DNA from: Acidobacteriaceae bacterium
GTDB taxonomy: Bacteria; Acidobacteriota; Terriglobia; Terriglobales; Acidobacteriaceae
Length of the DNA stretch: 64,000 bases
Reading direction: 5' to 3'
Assembly (NCBI GenBank): GCA_003134855.1
Contig: PLCS01000002.1
Coordinates: 2,658 to 66,657 of the forward strand
The position numbers were made by a program, and so were the translations under genes. Under the pieces are notes generated by a model, which saw only the letters and a program-made list of their open reading frames with translations, searched no databases and had not been told where the DNA came from. Shown here in pieces: positions 38,577 to 48,017 of this stretch (positions within the stretch are counted from its first letter, which is position 1; each line of letters begins with the position of its first letter).

Positions 38577-39404
38577 GTGGCCAAGCTGCGAGTCCTGTCG
38601 ACGCACCTTTTCATGCACCAGCGCCTGCACCCAGGCCTCTTGGAGCTGGCTGCCCAATCCGGCGCGCAGGCGGTCGAGCTCTTTGCCGCGCGCCAGCACT
38701 TCGACTACACCAGCCGCGAGCAGGTCGCAGAGCTGGCCGCCTTCTTCCGTTCCAATCCGCTCACCGCCTGGTCGATGCACGCCCCGCTCTATCCCGACCG
38801 CGAGATGGGCCGCTCCGGCGCGCCCGCTGTCAACCTGCTGCACGCGGAGAAGAGCCGCCGCATCGAGGCCATGGACGAGATCAAGCGCGCCCTGGAAACC
38901 GCCGAGCAGATCCCCTTCCGCAACCTTGTCGTCCATCTGGGCGAGCGCAATGATGAGTGGTCGCCGCGCTCGGTCGAGAACGCCCTCACCGCTCTTGAAC
39001 ACCTCGGTGCCTTCGCCCGCCCGCTGGGCGTGCGTCCGCTGGTGGAGAACCTGCTCAGCGAACCCACCACACCCGAACATCTGATCGAAATCCTCGAAAC
39101 CGGCCACCTGGACCAGATCGGCGTCTGCCTCGACCTCGGCCACGCCCACATCACCGTCGGCGTCGCCGCGGCCATCGCTACGCTCGGCCCTCGCATCGTT
39201 CAGGTCCACGCGCACGACAACCATGGCCTCAAGGACGAGCATCTCTTCCCCGGCGACGGCACCATCGACTGGCCAGCCACTGGCGTGGCTCTCAACGCTC
39301 TGGCCGAGCCGCCCGCCGTTGTACTGGAACTCAGCTCCAAGCTGCCAGATGAGTCCGCCGCGCTGCCGGGGCGCATCCGCAAGGCCTTCGAGTTGCTCGA
39401 CTGA
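38577..39404 (+). CDS. Sugar-phosphate isomerase/epimerase (AP endonuclease 2 TIM barrel)
   Basis: VELF, SMHAP, VVHLG, PLVENL, CLDLGHAH, QVHAHDNHGLKDEHLFPGDG; GTG 38577 with GGAGG SD. Confidence 0.88.
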   Translation: MAKLRVLSTHLFMHQRLHPGLLELAAQSGAQAVELFAARQHFDYTSREQVAELAAFFRSNPLTAWSMHAPLYPDREMGRSGAPAVNLLHAEKSRRIEAMDEIKRALETAEQIPFRNLVVHLGERNDEWSPRSVENALTALEHLGAFARPLGVRPLVENLLSEPTTPEHLIEILETGHLDQIGVCLDLGHAHITVGVAAAIATLGPRIVQVHAHDNHGLKDEHLFPGDGTIDWPATGVALNALAEPPAVVLELSSKLPDESAALPGRIRKAFELLD

Positions 39405-39444
39405 GCCTGTGGAAACCAGCCATTCCGGTTATGATGGTTTCGTC

Positions 39445-40257
39445 ATGATTGCAGCCATGTTTTCATCGCGAGTCTTCCGCCTCATTGTTCTCCTTCTTCT
39501 GCTTACGGCACCGGCTCTGGCCAAGGATGCGCCGCTTCAGGTCATCGATTGGCCCGCCACCGGAACGCCGGTGGTGCGCTTCACCTTCGGCAAGTTCAAG
39601 CCGCTTCCCGGCATGAACAACTTGCACGGATATGTCATGGAGATCACGACAGAAAATCTGTCGCCGAGGCTGATTCCAGCCGCGCGCTTCTCGCTCTATC
39701 TCTTCGACAAGAACAAGGTGCGCGTTGGTGAAGACGCCATTGGATTGAGCAACGTTGGCCCAGGGGAAGCGGTGAAGTTTGAAACTACCATCATGGCCTC
39801 CGGTGTGCCTGCGTCTGTCTCGATCCAGGAGATCTCACAAGCAGCCAAGACCATCTCGATGACGGTCAACACTACGCCCCAGGGCGCGATGCTCAAATTA
39901 GATGGGAACGATGTGGGAGTTACTCCTCGGATGATCTATGTAGGCGCCGGCAAGCACACGCTCACCTTCAGCAAGGAAGGCTTTATTGACGGTAACTTTC
40001 CCCTGGAGATCAGTCGCGACGATGTTTCGGGAGGAACGGTGAGCTATGAACTCGGAGCCTCGGCCTTCGACTCCATTGAGCTGCGCGATGGCAGCGTGCT
40101 CAACGGCGATCTGGTCTCCATCTTAGGAATGGATGTGGAGATTCGTGTCGGCGGCAGCATTCAGCACATCGACCGCAACAAGATCAAGCGCGTGATGCTT
40201 ACCCAGCGCGAAGCTTCTGCGGCCAACCTACCGCCGGCAACCGCGCCGACCCCATAG
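39445..40257 (+). CDS. Exported PEGA-domain protein
   Basis: Signal peptide (LIVLLLLLTAPALA), VNTTPQGAMLKLDG..VGVTP...GKHTLTFSKEGF. Confidence 0.75.
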   Translation: MIAAMFSSRVFRLIVLLLLLTAPALAKDAPLQVIDWPATGTPVVRFTFGKFKPLPGMNNLHGYVMEITTENLSPRLIPAARFSLYLFDKNKVRVGEDAIGLSNVGPGEAVKFETTIMASGVPASVSIQEISQAAKTISMTVNTTPQGAMLKLDGNDVGVTPRMIYVGAGKHTLTFSKEGFIDGNFPLEISRDDVSGGTVSYELGASAFDSIELRDGSVLNGDLVSILGMDVEIRVGGSIQHIDRNKIKRVMLTQREASAANLPPATAPTP

Positions 40258-40266
40258 ACAGAACTT

Positions 40267-40290
40267 CCCAGGTCTCGTTTCCGAGACCTG
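40267..40290. repeat. REP-like hairpin between convergent genes (possible terminator)
   Basis: CCAGGTCTCG-TTTC-CGAGACCTGG perfect 10-bp stem; CCAGGTC core shared with 9061-9091. Confidence 0.65.
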
Positions 40291-40320
40291 GATGCCACGA
40301 ACTTCGCCGTGCGCCGCGCT

Positions 40321-40482
40321 CTAGTGGAAAACCCCCAGCAGATACAGCACCAGCAAGATCACCAGAATGGTGCCTAGCCCGATGCCTCCGCCGCCGGCAG
40401 CGCCCCAGCGGCTGTAGCCGTAGTATCCTCCGCCGCCGCCGAAGATCAGCACCAGCACAATGATCAGAATGATAAGTCCCAT
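40321..40482 (-). CDS. DUF3309-like 53-aa membrane protein
   Basis: Hand translation MGLIILIIVLVLIFGGGGGYYGYSRWGAAGGGGIGLGTILVILLVLYLLGVFH; AAGGAG SD. Confidence 0.85.
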   Translation of the reverse strand: MGLIILIIVLVLIFGGGGGYYGYSRWGAAGGGGIGLGTILVILLVLYLLGVFH

Positions 40483-40662
40483 CTCGTATCTCCTTTCCCT
40501 TTTTGGAGTCTTCCACCCGGCGGCTCAAGACGCTGAGCAATTGGATACACAAATTATGCCGAGTTTCCCACATCCAGCAGATTGTTTGCGATGAAGGTTG
40601 GAAATTCTATTTACACTCCTCTGCTGAGTTTCATCGGAGCTTCATCCATCAAGATCGATTCC

Positions 40663-41739
40663 TCAGCAGATCCGCGGCAACTGCTCGCCGATCTGGATAG
40701 GAATCACGCGGTTGGCGCCCATCGCGGTGCGCGCCACCAGCATTCGCTTGTGCTCGGCGGTGACGCGGCCGATGCGGGCGGCGTCCTTGCCCAGAGGATG
40801 CGCGCGCAGAATGGCCAGAATTATATCCGCCGCCTCGGGCGCGACAAAGAAGACGGCCTTGCCCTCGTTAGCGACATAGACCGGATCGAGGCCGAGCAGT
40901 TCGCAAGCCGACTGCACTTCGGGACGCACCGGCAGGCTGGGTTCATCAATCTCGATGCCTACGCCGGAGGCCAGCGCAATCTCGTTGAGCGTGGAAGCCA
41001 GTCCGCCGCGTGTGGGGTCTCGCATGGTGTGGACAGCCGGGCCGGCCGCTGCCAGCACCTCGGCAATCATCCCATTCAGCGCGGCGCAATCGGAGCGGAT
41101 CTGGCTCTCGAACTCAAGGCCTTCGCGCACGCTCATGATGGCCATGCCGTGGTCGCCGATGGTGCCGGAGACGAGAATCGCATCGCCGGGCATTGCATGC
41201 AGCGGACTTACTGAAATTCCGGGACGAAGGAGACCCACGCCCGCCGTATTGATGTAGCAGCCGTCGCCGTGGCCACGCTCGACGACCTTGGTGTCGCCGG
41301 TAACAATCTTGACGCCCGCCGTAGCTGCCGCCTGCGCCATCGCCTCGACAATCGCCGCCAACTGCGCCAGCGGAAAGCCTTCTTCCAGGATGAAACTGGC
41401 ACTGAGGAACTTCGGCTCCGCGCCGGAGACGGCCAGATCATTCACCGTTCCGTTGACCGCCAACTCGCCAATCGATCCGCCGGGGAAGAAGAGCGGCTGC
41501 ACGACAAACGAATCGGTGCTCATCGCCAGGCGGCCGCCGCCCAGGTCGAGCACCGCAGCGTCGCCCAGGTTTTCAAGCTCCGGATTGCGGAAGGCGGGAA
41601 GAAAGAGGTGCTCGACCAGCTCATTGCCCAGCTTGCCGCCGCCGCCGTGGCCCATCACGATCGCCGGGTAGCCGACGAGCGGAAGCGGACAGCTCCAGCC
41701 GGAAAAGTCGGGAACGCCGGTCTTCAAATCGTCAGACAT
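40663..41739 (-). CDS. hypE: Hydrogenase maturation protein HypE
   Basis: [44 protein letters not shown]-terminal LPRIC. Confidence 0.96.
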   Translation of the reverse strand: MSDDLKTGVPDFSGWSCPLPLVGYPAIVMGHGGGGKLGNELVEHLFLPAFRNPELENLGDAAVLDLGGGRLAMSTDSFVVQPLFFPGGSIGELAVNGTVNDLAVSGAEPKFLSASFILEEGFPLAQLAAIVEAMAQAAATAGVKIVTGDTKVVERGHGDGCYINTAGVGLLRPGISVSPLHAMPGDAILVSGTIGDHGMAIMSVREGLEFESQIRSDCAALNGMIAEVLAAAGPAVHTMRDPTRGGLASTLNEIALASGVGIEIDEPSLPVRPEVQSACELLGLDPVYVANEGKAVFFVAPEAADIILAILRAHPLGKDAARIGRVTAEHKRMLVARTAMGANRVIPIQIGEQLPRIC

Positions 41740-42874
41740 TTGGCCCTCCCGTCAGCCCGATTCCCGCGCCGGCCAACTCTTCGGCGGACAAAAACCGCCC
41801 GTAGTTGTAATACGCCGCGCAGGCGCCTTCGCTGGAGACCATCGTCGCTCCCAGCGGGTGGCGGGGGGTACATTCCTTGCCGAAGGCCGCGCACTCGGCG
41901 GGCTTGATCGCCCCGCGCAGCACGTCTCCGGCGCGGCAGAGAGGCGACTCCTCGGTATGAATCCCCGTAATCTGGAAGCGCTCCTCGGCGTCAAAGGCGC
42001 GGTAAGCCTCGCTCAGCCGCCAGCCGCTCTTGGGGATGACGCCAATCCCCCGCCAGGCCCGGTCGGTGACTTCGAAGACCTCGGCGAGCAGCTTCTGCGC
42101 GGCCTGGTTTCCGTAGAAGGTAACGATGCGCTCGTAGGCGTTCTCGACCTCGTGGCGGCCGGCCTCAAGCTGAATCACGCAGCGGCGAATACCGTCCAGT
42201 AGGTCCAGCGGCTCAAAGCCGGTGACCACCAGCGGAATGTGATATTTCTCCGCCAGCGACGGATATTCCCTGTAGCCCATCACGCTGCACACGTGCCCTG
42301 CCAGCAGAAAGCCTTGCACCTTGTTGCCAGGCGACTCCAGAATCGCCGCGATCGCCGGCGGGACCAGAACGTGGGAGACGAGCAGAGAAAAGTTCTTCAA
42401 CCCCCGCCGCCTGGCCACGTGAACGCTCATCGCATTGGCCGGAGCGGTGGTTTCGAAGCCCACGCCGAAGAAGACAACTTCCTTGTCAGGATTCTTGACG
42501 GCCAGATCAACGGCATCCAGCGGCGAGTAGACGACGCGCACGTCGCCGCCCGCGCCCTTCACCTGAAATAAATCGCCCTCGGTGCCGGGCACGCGCAGCA
42601 TATCGCCGAAAGAGCAGAAGATCACTCCCGGCTGCGCGGCAATGGCCAACGCCTTGTCGATCAGTTCCAACGGCGTCACGCAGACCGGGCATCCGGGACC
42701 GTGAATCATCTCGATCCCGGTGGGGAGCATCTGGTCGATCCCGTTTTTGATGATCGAGTGCGTCTGTCCGCCGCAAACCTCCATGATTTTCCAGGGGCGC
42801 GTGGTAACAGCGGCGATCTCGCGCGCCATGCGCTGCGCGATCTCGCCGTTGCGGAACTCGGTCAGGTACTTCAT
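41732..42874 (-). CDS. hypD: Hydrogenase maturation protein HypD
   Basis: [39 protein letters not shown]. Confidence 0.96.
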   Translation of the reverse strand: MKYLTEFRNGEIAQRMAREIAAVTTRPWKIMEVCGGQTHSIIKNGIDQMLPTGIEMIHGPGCPVCVTPLELIDKALAIAAQPGVIFCSFGDMLRVPGTEGDLFQVKGAGGDVRVVYSPLDAVDLAVKNPDKEVVFFGVGFETTAPANAMSVHVARRRGLKNFSLLVSHVLVPPAIAAILESPGNKVQGFLLAGHVCSVMGYREYPSLAEKYHIPLVVTGFEPLDLLDGIRRCVIQLEAGRHEVENAYERIVTFYGNQAAQKLLAEVFEVTDRAWRGIGVIPKSGWRLSEAYRAFDAEERFQITGIHTEESPLCRAGDVLRGAIKPAECAAFGKECTPRHPLGATMVSSEGACAAYYNYGRFLSAEELAGAGIGLTGGPNV

Positions 42875-43251
42875 GGAGTGGTCTTGGCCCGCGTCAGCGT
42901 CATCTCCATGCCGGGAAAGTCTGCGCTATCGGACTTGGAGGTCAGCTTGATCGTGTCGCCGGTGACGACGCCATCATGCTTGATCGTCATGCCGTTGAAG
43001 CTCACGTTGAAGGAGATCTTGTCGCCATCGACCTTGCCCTCGGTGATCTCCATCGGATCGCCCATCGGGCTGGCGACCGTGCCGGTCAGCTTGACGCCAT
43101 CCTGCTTGAAGGTAAAAGTGATCAACATGGAGTCGCCATTCGGGCCGGCCATATTGGTCGTCCAGCTTCCGGTCACATCGGATGCGGCAAACGCGCTTGC
43201 GGCGGTGAAGGCCATCATCAGGGCCGCGCAGAGACATAAAAGCTTTTTCAT
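42871..43251 (-). CDS. Secreted 126-aa beta-rich hypothetical protein
   Basis: Signal peptide [22 protein letters not shown]; [20 protein letters not shown]...[10 protein letters not shown]; ATGA overlap with hypD. Confidence 0.85.
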   Translation of the reverse strand: MKKLLCLCAALMMAFTAASAFAASDVTGSWTTNMAGPNGDSMLITFTFKQDGVKLTGTVASPMGDPMEITEGKVDGDKISFNVSFNGMTIKHDGVVTGDTIKLTSKSDSADFPGMEMTLTRAKTTP

Positions 43252-43360
43252 TCGTACAACCTCGCAGTGAATTTGCACGGTCGAGCATCCTTGAATGCAA
43301 GCCGTCGCATAGTACAACAGGACGGGTTGGATTGCCGGGAAGTTTCCCAGCGAGAATTTG

Positions 43361-43445
43361 GGTGCCCCACCCTCGCCGCGTCTTTGTTTTGCGGCTTTGG
43401 GGTCCCCAACGACAGGTCTTCGTCGTTGGGGTGAACTAGGGTGGG
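43361..43445 (+). repeat. REP-like hairpin interrupted by a nested 41-bp hairpin element
   Basis: GGTGCCCCACCCTCGCCGC...GCGGCT[TTGGGGT-CCCCAACGAC-AGGTCTTC-GTCGTTGGGG-TGAACT]AGGGTGGG. Confidence 0.75.
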
Positions 43446-43456
43446 AAACCAAAACC

Positions 43457-43795
43457 TCATTGGGCGATGTTTTTAGGGGCTTCCACCGAGCAACTCCCAT
43501 CGGGGCAAGGTGACGACGGAGCCAAAGCCGCCCGCGCAAAGGCCTCATCCTCGCTCTCCAACTCCTCGTCCAGCATACCCATCGCGCGGAAGTCTTCGAG
43601 CGTCTTCAGGGCCGTCTCCTCGTCGATTTTGGAGAGCGCAAAGCCAACGTGGACAATGGTATAGTCGCCCACCACGACCTCCGGCACGTAGTCCAGGCAG
43701 ACCCGCTTGACGATGCCGCCAAAGTTCACCCGCCCAATGCGGAGATCGCCCTCAGTAAGAATTTCCTCGACTTTTCCCGGAATCGCTAAGCACAT
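43457..43795 (-). CDS. hypC: Hydrogenase chaperone HypC with an acidic C-terminal extension
   Basis: MCLAIPG, GDYTIVHVGFALSKIDEE.A. Confidence 0.95.
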   Translation of the reverse strand: MCLAIPGKVEEILTEGDLRIGRVNFGGIVKRVCLDYVPEVVVGDYTIVHVGFALSKIDEETALKTLEDFRAMGMLDEELESEDEAFARAALAPSSPCPDGSCSVEAPKNIAQ

Positions 43796-43832
43796 AGTCT
43801 CTCTATTATGCCGGGTTTAGGGTGCATTTGTG

Positions 43833-43846
43833 GTGATTTAAATCAC
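43833..43846. promoter_or_regulatory. Perfect palindrome GTGAT-TTAA-ATCAC (Crp/Fnr-like) upstream of hypC
   Basis: 14-bp palindrome 37 bp before the hypC ATG, in an AT-rich gap. Confidence 0.55.
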
Positions 43847-43927
43847 TCAAATCGACTTGCCGTTCGTTATTCGTTACCAGGCAAGCAACAGAATCGCTAG
43901 GTATATACGATTCATCCTTCTTGCTCT

Positions 43928-44218
43928 TCAGTACCCCGCCTCGCGCCCATGGCGCACCGCCAGAATCACAACTTCCTTGCCGTCGTAGCGATAGAGGGCG
44001 ACATAGGCTCCGCTGCCGAACTCGACCACCCATTCACGGAACTCCGTTGGCAGCTCCTCGACCGGGCGGCCCATCTCTGGAAACTTGCCGAGCAACTTAA
44101 CGCCCTGGCGGATTGCCTTGACGGCGCGCTTGGCCGCGTCGCGGCTCTTGGGTGCCAGAAAATCATGCAGTCGGGCCACATCCCGCAGGCTTTGCGGCGA
44201 CCACTTCAAAGGTGGCAT
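43928..44218 (-). CDS. RelE/ParE-family type II toxin
   Basis: LKWSPQSLRDVARLHDFL...P.MGRP...REWVVEFGSGAYVALYR...VVILAVRHGRE. Confidence 0.88.
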   Translation of the reverse strand: MPPLKWSPQSLRDVARLHDFLAPKSRDAAKRAVKAIRQGVKLLGKFPEMGRPVEELPTEFREWVVEFGSGAYVALYRYDGKEVVILAVRHGREAGY

Positions 44219-44490
44219 AAGGGAGCCTCGGCCTCCTCGCCGGCTTCGAGTTTGGCCAGCCATGCGTCGGCCTCTTCGGCGGTGGCGTGCAGGCCGGTTG
44301 TCTGATAGTCGTTCCAGGCCGCCAGCGCATCCTGCCGGAACTGTTCGCGATTCTCTTCGCGGCTCACGTACTGCTCGACGGCTTCGCGCATGATCCAGTG
44401 CGCCGACCGGCGCCGCGTCGAGGCGAGCTGCTGAACGCGCTGCTTGAGTTCAAGATCGAGTTTCAGGCTGGTGGTTGCGACGATTGGCAT
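44206..44490 (-). CDS. Ribbon-helix-helix (CopG-like) antitoxin (alternative start 44505)
   Basis: TTSLKLDLELKQRVQQLA..RRRSAHWIMREAVEQYV...AWNDYQTTGLH; overlaps the toxin start. Confidence 0.88.
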   Translation of the reverse strand: MPIVATTSLKLDLELKQRVQQLASTRRRSAHWIMREAVEQYVSREENREQFRQDALAAWNDYQTTGLHATAEEADAWLAKLEAGEEAEAPLCHL

Positions 44491-44519
44491 TTGCAGGTGC
44501 TCCATGGTATTACCTTTAA

Positions 44520-45194
44520 TTACTGTAGCACACCCCGCGCCTCCGCCAGATACCCCAGCCACTCCTCCATGCCCGCGCCAGTCTTGGCGGAGGTCTCGAA
44601 GATGCGAATGCCGGGGCGAATCTCGTTGATGTTTCGGAGAGCCGTTGCGCGGTCGAAGCCGCACGGCTCGGCGATGTCCATCTTGGTGATGACCGCGGCG
44701 TCGGCGGAGTTGAAGAGCGTGGGGTACTTCAGCGGCTTGTCCTCGCCCTCGGTTACGCTCAGCAGGACCACGCGAATTTGCTCGCCCAGATCGTAGCTCG
44801 ACGGGCAGACTAGGTTGCCAACATTCTCGATGAAGAGATAATCCAAACCATCCAGCGCGACGCCCTCCCAGCCGTCGAGGTGCTTGCCGATCATCTCCGC
44901 GTCGAGGTGGCAGATGCCGTGGGTATTGATCTGGCGCACTGGAGCGCCGCTCGCGGCAAGGCGGCGCGCATCGTTGTCGGTCTCCAGATCGCCGACCAGC
45001 GCGGCTACCCGCGCGCCCCGCGCCTTCAGTTCGCGCAACGTCCGCTCCAGGAATGCCGTCTTGCCCGTGCCGGGGCTGGAGACCAGGTTCAGCACCAGCA
45101 CGCCGGCAGCCGTGTAGCTCGCCCGCAGGCCCGCCGCCAGCTCATCGTTCTTCTTCAAGATTCCCCGCCGCAGTTCGACAATTCGCGTGGTCAT
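44520..45194 (-). CDS. hypB: Hydrogenase nickel-insertion GTPase HypB (no His-rich N-terminus)
   Basis: SSPGTGKT, GDLET.NDA, CHLDA, IENVGNLVCP, EGEDKPLKYP, ITKMD. Confidence 0.96.
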   Translation of the reverse strand: MTTRIVELRRGILKKNDELAAGLRASYTAAGVLVLNLVSSPGTGKTAFLERTLRELKARGARVAALVGDLETDNDARRLAASGAPVRQINTHGICHLDAEMIGKHLDGWEGVALDGLDYLFIENVGNLVCPSSYDLGEQIRVVLLSVTEGEDKPLKYPTLFNSADAAVITKMDIAEPCGFDRATALRNINEIRPGIRIFETSAKTGAGMEEWLGYLAEARGVLQ

Positions 45195-45565
45195 GGCTTT
45201 ACCTCACCGTCATCAATCTCAATCGAATCAATCTCCAGCTCGCGGCCCTGGCGTATCTCGCCGCACAGCTCGCCGCAGCGCGGACAGCGGAAGCTCTGCA
45301 CGCCGTCCAGCTCCGAATCGATCCCGCAGGGCGCGCAATGCACCACCACCGGCATCACGTTGACCACCAGCCGCGAGCCTTCCAGCGGCGTTGCCTCGCT
45401 GACAATGCCCCAGCAGAACTCCAGCGACTCGGGAATCACCGAGGCCAATGCGCCGACGCGCAGACGGACTTCAAGCACCCGCGCGCCCCGGGACGAATCC
45501 GGCAAGGCGGTCAGTGTTTCGGATACCGTTTCGACGATGCTCGTCACCAGGGAAAGTTCATGCAT
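45191..45565 (-). CDS. hypA: Hydrogenase nickel metallochaperone HypA
   Basis: MHELSL, CAPC...CPRC, GRELEI. Confidence 0.95.
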   Translation of the reverse strand: MHELSLVTSIVETVSETLTALPDSSRGARVLEVRLRVGALASVIPESLEFCWGIVSEATPLEGSRLVVNVMPVVVHCAPCGIDSELDGVQSFRCPRCGELCGEIRQGRELEIDSIEIDDGEVKP

Positions 45566-45646
45566 TGAATCCAAATTTTACGCTGTTGCCGCCCGTGCCG
45601 CCGAAGTTGCTCCCCTCTGTAAGATAAAAGCACAAGGAAAAATCTC

Positions 45647-46825
45647 ATGCCCGACTCCGCCGCCGCCACGTCCCGCCTCTGCCTCAGCCAGCTCGCCCCC
45701 GCCACCGTGCAGTCGGAGATTCGCGCGATGACCCTGGAGTGCGACCGCATCGGCGGCATCAATCTGGCCCAGGGCATCTGTGACACGCCGGTGCCCGCGC
45801 CGGTCGAGGAAGGCGCAATCCAGGCGATCCGCGACGGCCAGAATATCTACACACGGCTGGACGGCATCCAGCGCCTGCGCAACGCCATCTCCGCCAAGCA
45901 GCAGCGCGACTACGGCCTCGACTACGATCCGGAGAGCGAGGTTCTGGTCTCCTCAGGCGCCACCGGCGGGCTGCACGCCGCCGCCATGGCCCTGCTCAAC
46001 CCCGGCGACGAGGTGCTGATCTTCGAGCCGTTTTACGGCTACCACGTCGCCACGCTCAAGTCGCTGCGCGTAACGCCGGTCTTTGTGCCGCTCTCCGAGC
46101 CGGATGGAGCATTGGACCTGGCCGCTCTCCGCGCCGCCGTCACTCCGCGGACACGCGCGATACTCTTGAACACTCCGGCCAATCCCAGCGGCAAGGTCTT
46201 TACGCTCTCCGAGACGGAATCCATCGCCGCCGTCTGTCTGGTGCATGACCTCTTCCTCATCACCGATGAGATTTACGAGTACTTCGTCTACGACGGCGCG
46301 CGGCACATTGCGGCCGCCACGCTGCCGGGGATGCGCGAGCGTACGATTGTGCTCTCCGGCTTCAGCAAGACTTTCTCGGTCACCGGATGGCGGCTGGGTT
46401 ATGTAACTGCCGACGCCAAATGGATGGGCGCGATCAGCTACTTCCACGATCTGACATATGTCTGCGCGCCCTCGGCCTTACAGCATGGCGCAGCAGCCGG
46501 GCTTGAACAGCTTCCGCCGAGCTTCTATACGCAGTTAGCCAGCGACCACCAATCCAAGCGCACCCGCATCCTGAGCGCGCTGCGCGACGCGGGCCTCGAA
46601 CCCAGCGTCCCCGCCGGGGCTTACTATGTTCTGGCCGCTGCTACCCATATCCCCGGCAAAACCGCCGCGGAAAAGGCCCGCCATCTGCTGGCCTCGACCG
46701 GAGTCGCATCCGTTGCCGGCTCCGCCTTCTACCGCCCCGGCCACGGCGAGAACTTGCTGCGCTTCTGCTTCGCCAAAAAAGATCATGAGCTGGACGACGC
46801 ATGCGAGCGGCTACGGCGGCTGTAG
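45647..46825 (+). CDS. PLP-dependent aminotransferase class I/II
   Basis: INLAQG, NTPANPSGKVF, ITDEIYE, SGFSKTFSVTGWRLG, LRFCFAK. Confidence 0.92.
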   Translation: MPDSAAATSRLCLSQLAPATVQSEIRAMTLECDRIGGINLAQGICDTPVPAPVEEGAIQAIRDGQNIYTRLDGIQRLRNAISAKQQRDYGLDYDPESEVLVSSGATGGLHAAAMALLNPGDEVLIFEPFYGYHVATLKSLRVTPVFVPLSEPDGALDLAALRAAVTPRTRAILLNTPANPSGKVFTLSETESIAAVCLVHDLFLITDEIYEYFVYDGARHIAAATLPGMRERTIVLSGFSKTFSVTGWRLGYVTADAKWMGAISYFHDLTYVCAPSALQHGAAAGLEQLPPSFYTQLASDHQSKRTRILSALRDAGLEPSVPAGAYYVLAAATHIPGKTAAEKARHLLASTGVASVAGSAFYRPGHGENLLRFCFAKKDHELDDACERLRRL

Positions 46826-46872
46826 CATCTCGTGTGCCCACATCTGCTCCGCTCCGATAGACTGAGAGGGCG

Positions 46873-47988
46873 ATGAGTTTGATGCACAGAATTGAAGGTT
46901 CAGCGTTCACAGCCGCGCTGGCTGCCGGGCTGGCCCTGGCCGGCTGCGGAATGCCGGGCGCGCCGCAGCCGCCATCGCTCAATCTGCCGGAGCCGGTGGC
47001 CGATCTGGCCGCCAGCCGCGCGGGCAGCCAGGTCGCGCTCACCTGGACCATGCCCAGAAAGAACACCGACAAACTGCTGCTGAAGGGCAACGTCACGGTC
47101 CGCGTCTGCCGCAAGGAAGGCGTTGGCGCCTGCGAACCGGCTGGCGCGGAGCTGCCGCTGGCGCCCGGAGCGGAGGGTGCGTTCACCGATGCGCTGCCTG
47201 CTCAGTTGGCCGCCGGAGCACCGCGCCCGCTCAGCTACTTTGTCGAACTCAAGAACCGCAATGGCCGCTCGGCCGGCCTGTCGAACGCCGCCGTGGTGCT
47301 GGCCGGCGAGGCGCCCGCGCCGGTCACCGGCCTATCCGCCGAGGTGCGCAAGCAGGGCGTGGCGCTGCGCTGGACTCCCGCCGACGAATCATCCCCCACC
47401 GCCGTTCGCCTGCATCGCAAGCTGCTCAACCCGCCGGCCGCCAAGCCCCGCGAGGGTCTGCTGGCGCCTCAGCCCGAGCCGCTCGAGCAGAACCTGCTGG
47501 TGGACCGCTGTGCACCGGATGAACGCAAGGGGGAATGTCGCGCTCTGGATACGAACATCCGCTTCGGCAAGAGCTATGAGTACCGCGCTCAGCGCGTCGC
47601 GCGCGTCACGCTAGAGGGCAGGGTGCTGGAACTTGCCAGTGAGTTCTCCGCGCCAGTACGGGTTGAGGCGAAGGATATTTTTCCGCCCGAGACTCCCACC
47701 GGCCTGGCCGCAGTGGCTACCGCCGGCGAAGACGGAGCCGCGCCGGCGATCGACCTGAGCTGGCAGCCTGTTACGGATGCCGATCTGGCCGGCTACGCCG
47801 TCTATCGCCGTGAGGGTGAGGCCGCGTGGCAGCGCATCTCGACGTCCGAGCCGCTGGCGCCGCCGGCCTTCCACGACACGCAAGTCCAATCCGGCCACAG
47901 CTATCGCTACGCTGTCAGCGCCATCGACCAGGGCGGGCATGAAAGCGCCCGCTCCGCCGAAGCCGTGGAGACCGTGCCCAACCCGTAA
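46873..47988 (+). CDS. Fibronectin type III-repeat lipoprotein
   Basis: Lipobox LAGC + GMPGAPQPPSL; V.LTW, V.LRW, DLSWQP..AGYAVYRR, YRYAVSAID. Confidence 0.8.
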   Translation: MSLMHRIEGSAFTAALAAGLALAGCGMPGAPQPPSLNLPEPVADLAASRAGSQVALTWTMPRKNTDKLLLKGNVTVRVCRKEGVGACEPAGAELPLAPGAEGAFTDALPAQLAAGAPRPLSYFVELKNRNGRSAGLSNAAVVLAGEAPAPVTGLSAEVRKQGVALRWTPADESSPTAVRLHRKLLNPPAAKPREGLLAPQPEPLEQNLLVDRCAPDERKGECRALDTNIRFGKSYEYRAQRVARVTLEGRVLELASEFSAPVRVEAKDIFPPETPTGLAAVATAGEDGAAPAIDLSWQPVTDADLAGYAVYRREGEAAWQRISTSEPLAPPAFHDTQVQSGHSYRYAVSAIDQGGHESARSAEAVETVPNP

Positions 47989-48017
47989 CGGCTTTGGCCG
48001 CGCATGGAGGATTACGC

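Noticed and set aside
43796-43927. hypF remnant between the toxin and hypC
   Set aside because: AT-rich, with no HypF motifs (acylphosphatase or CxxC zinc fingers) detected.
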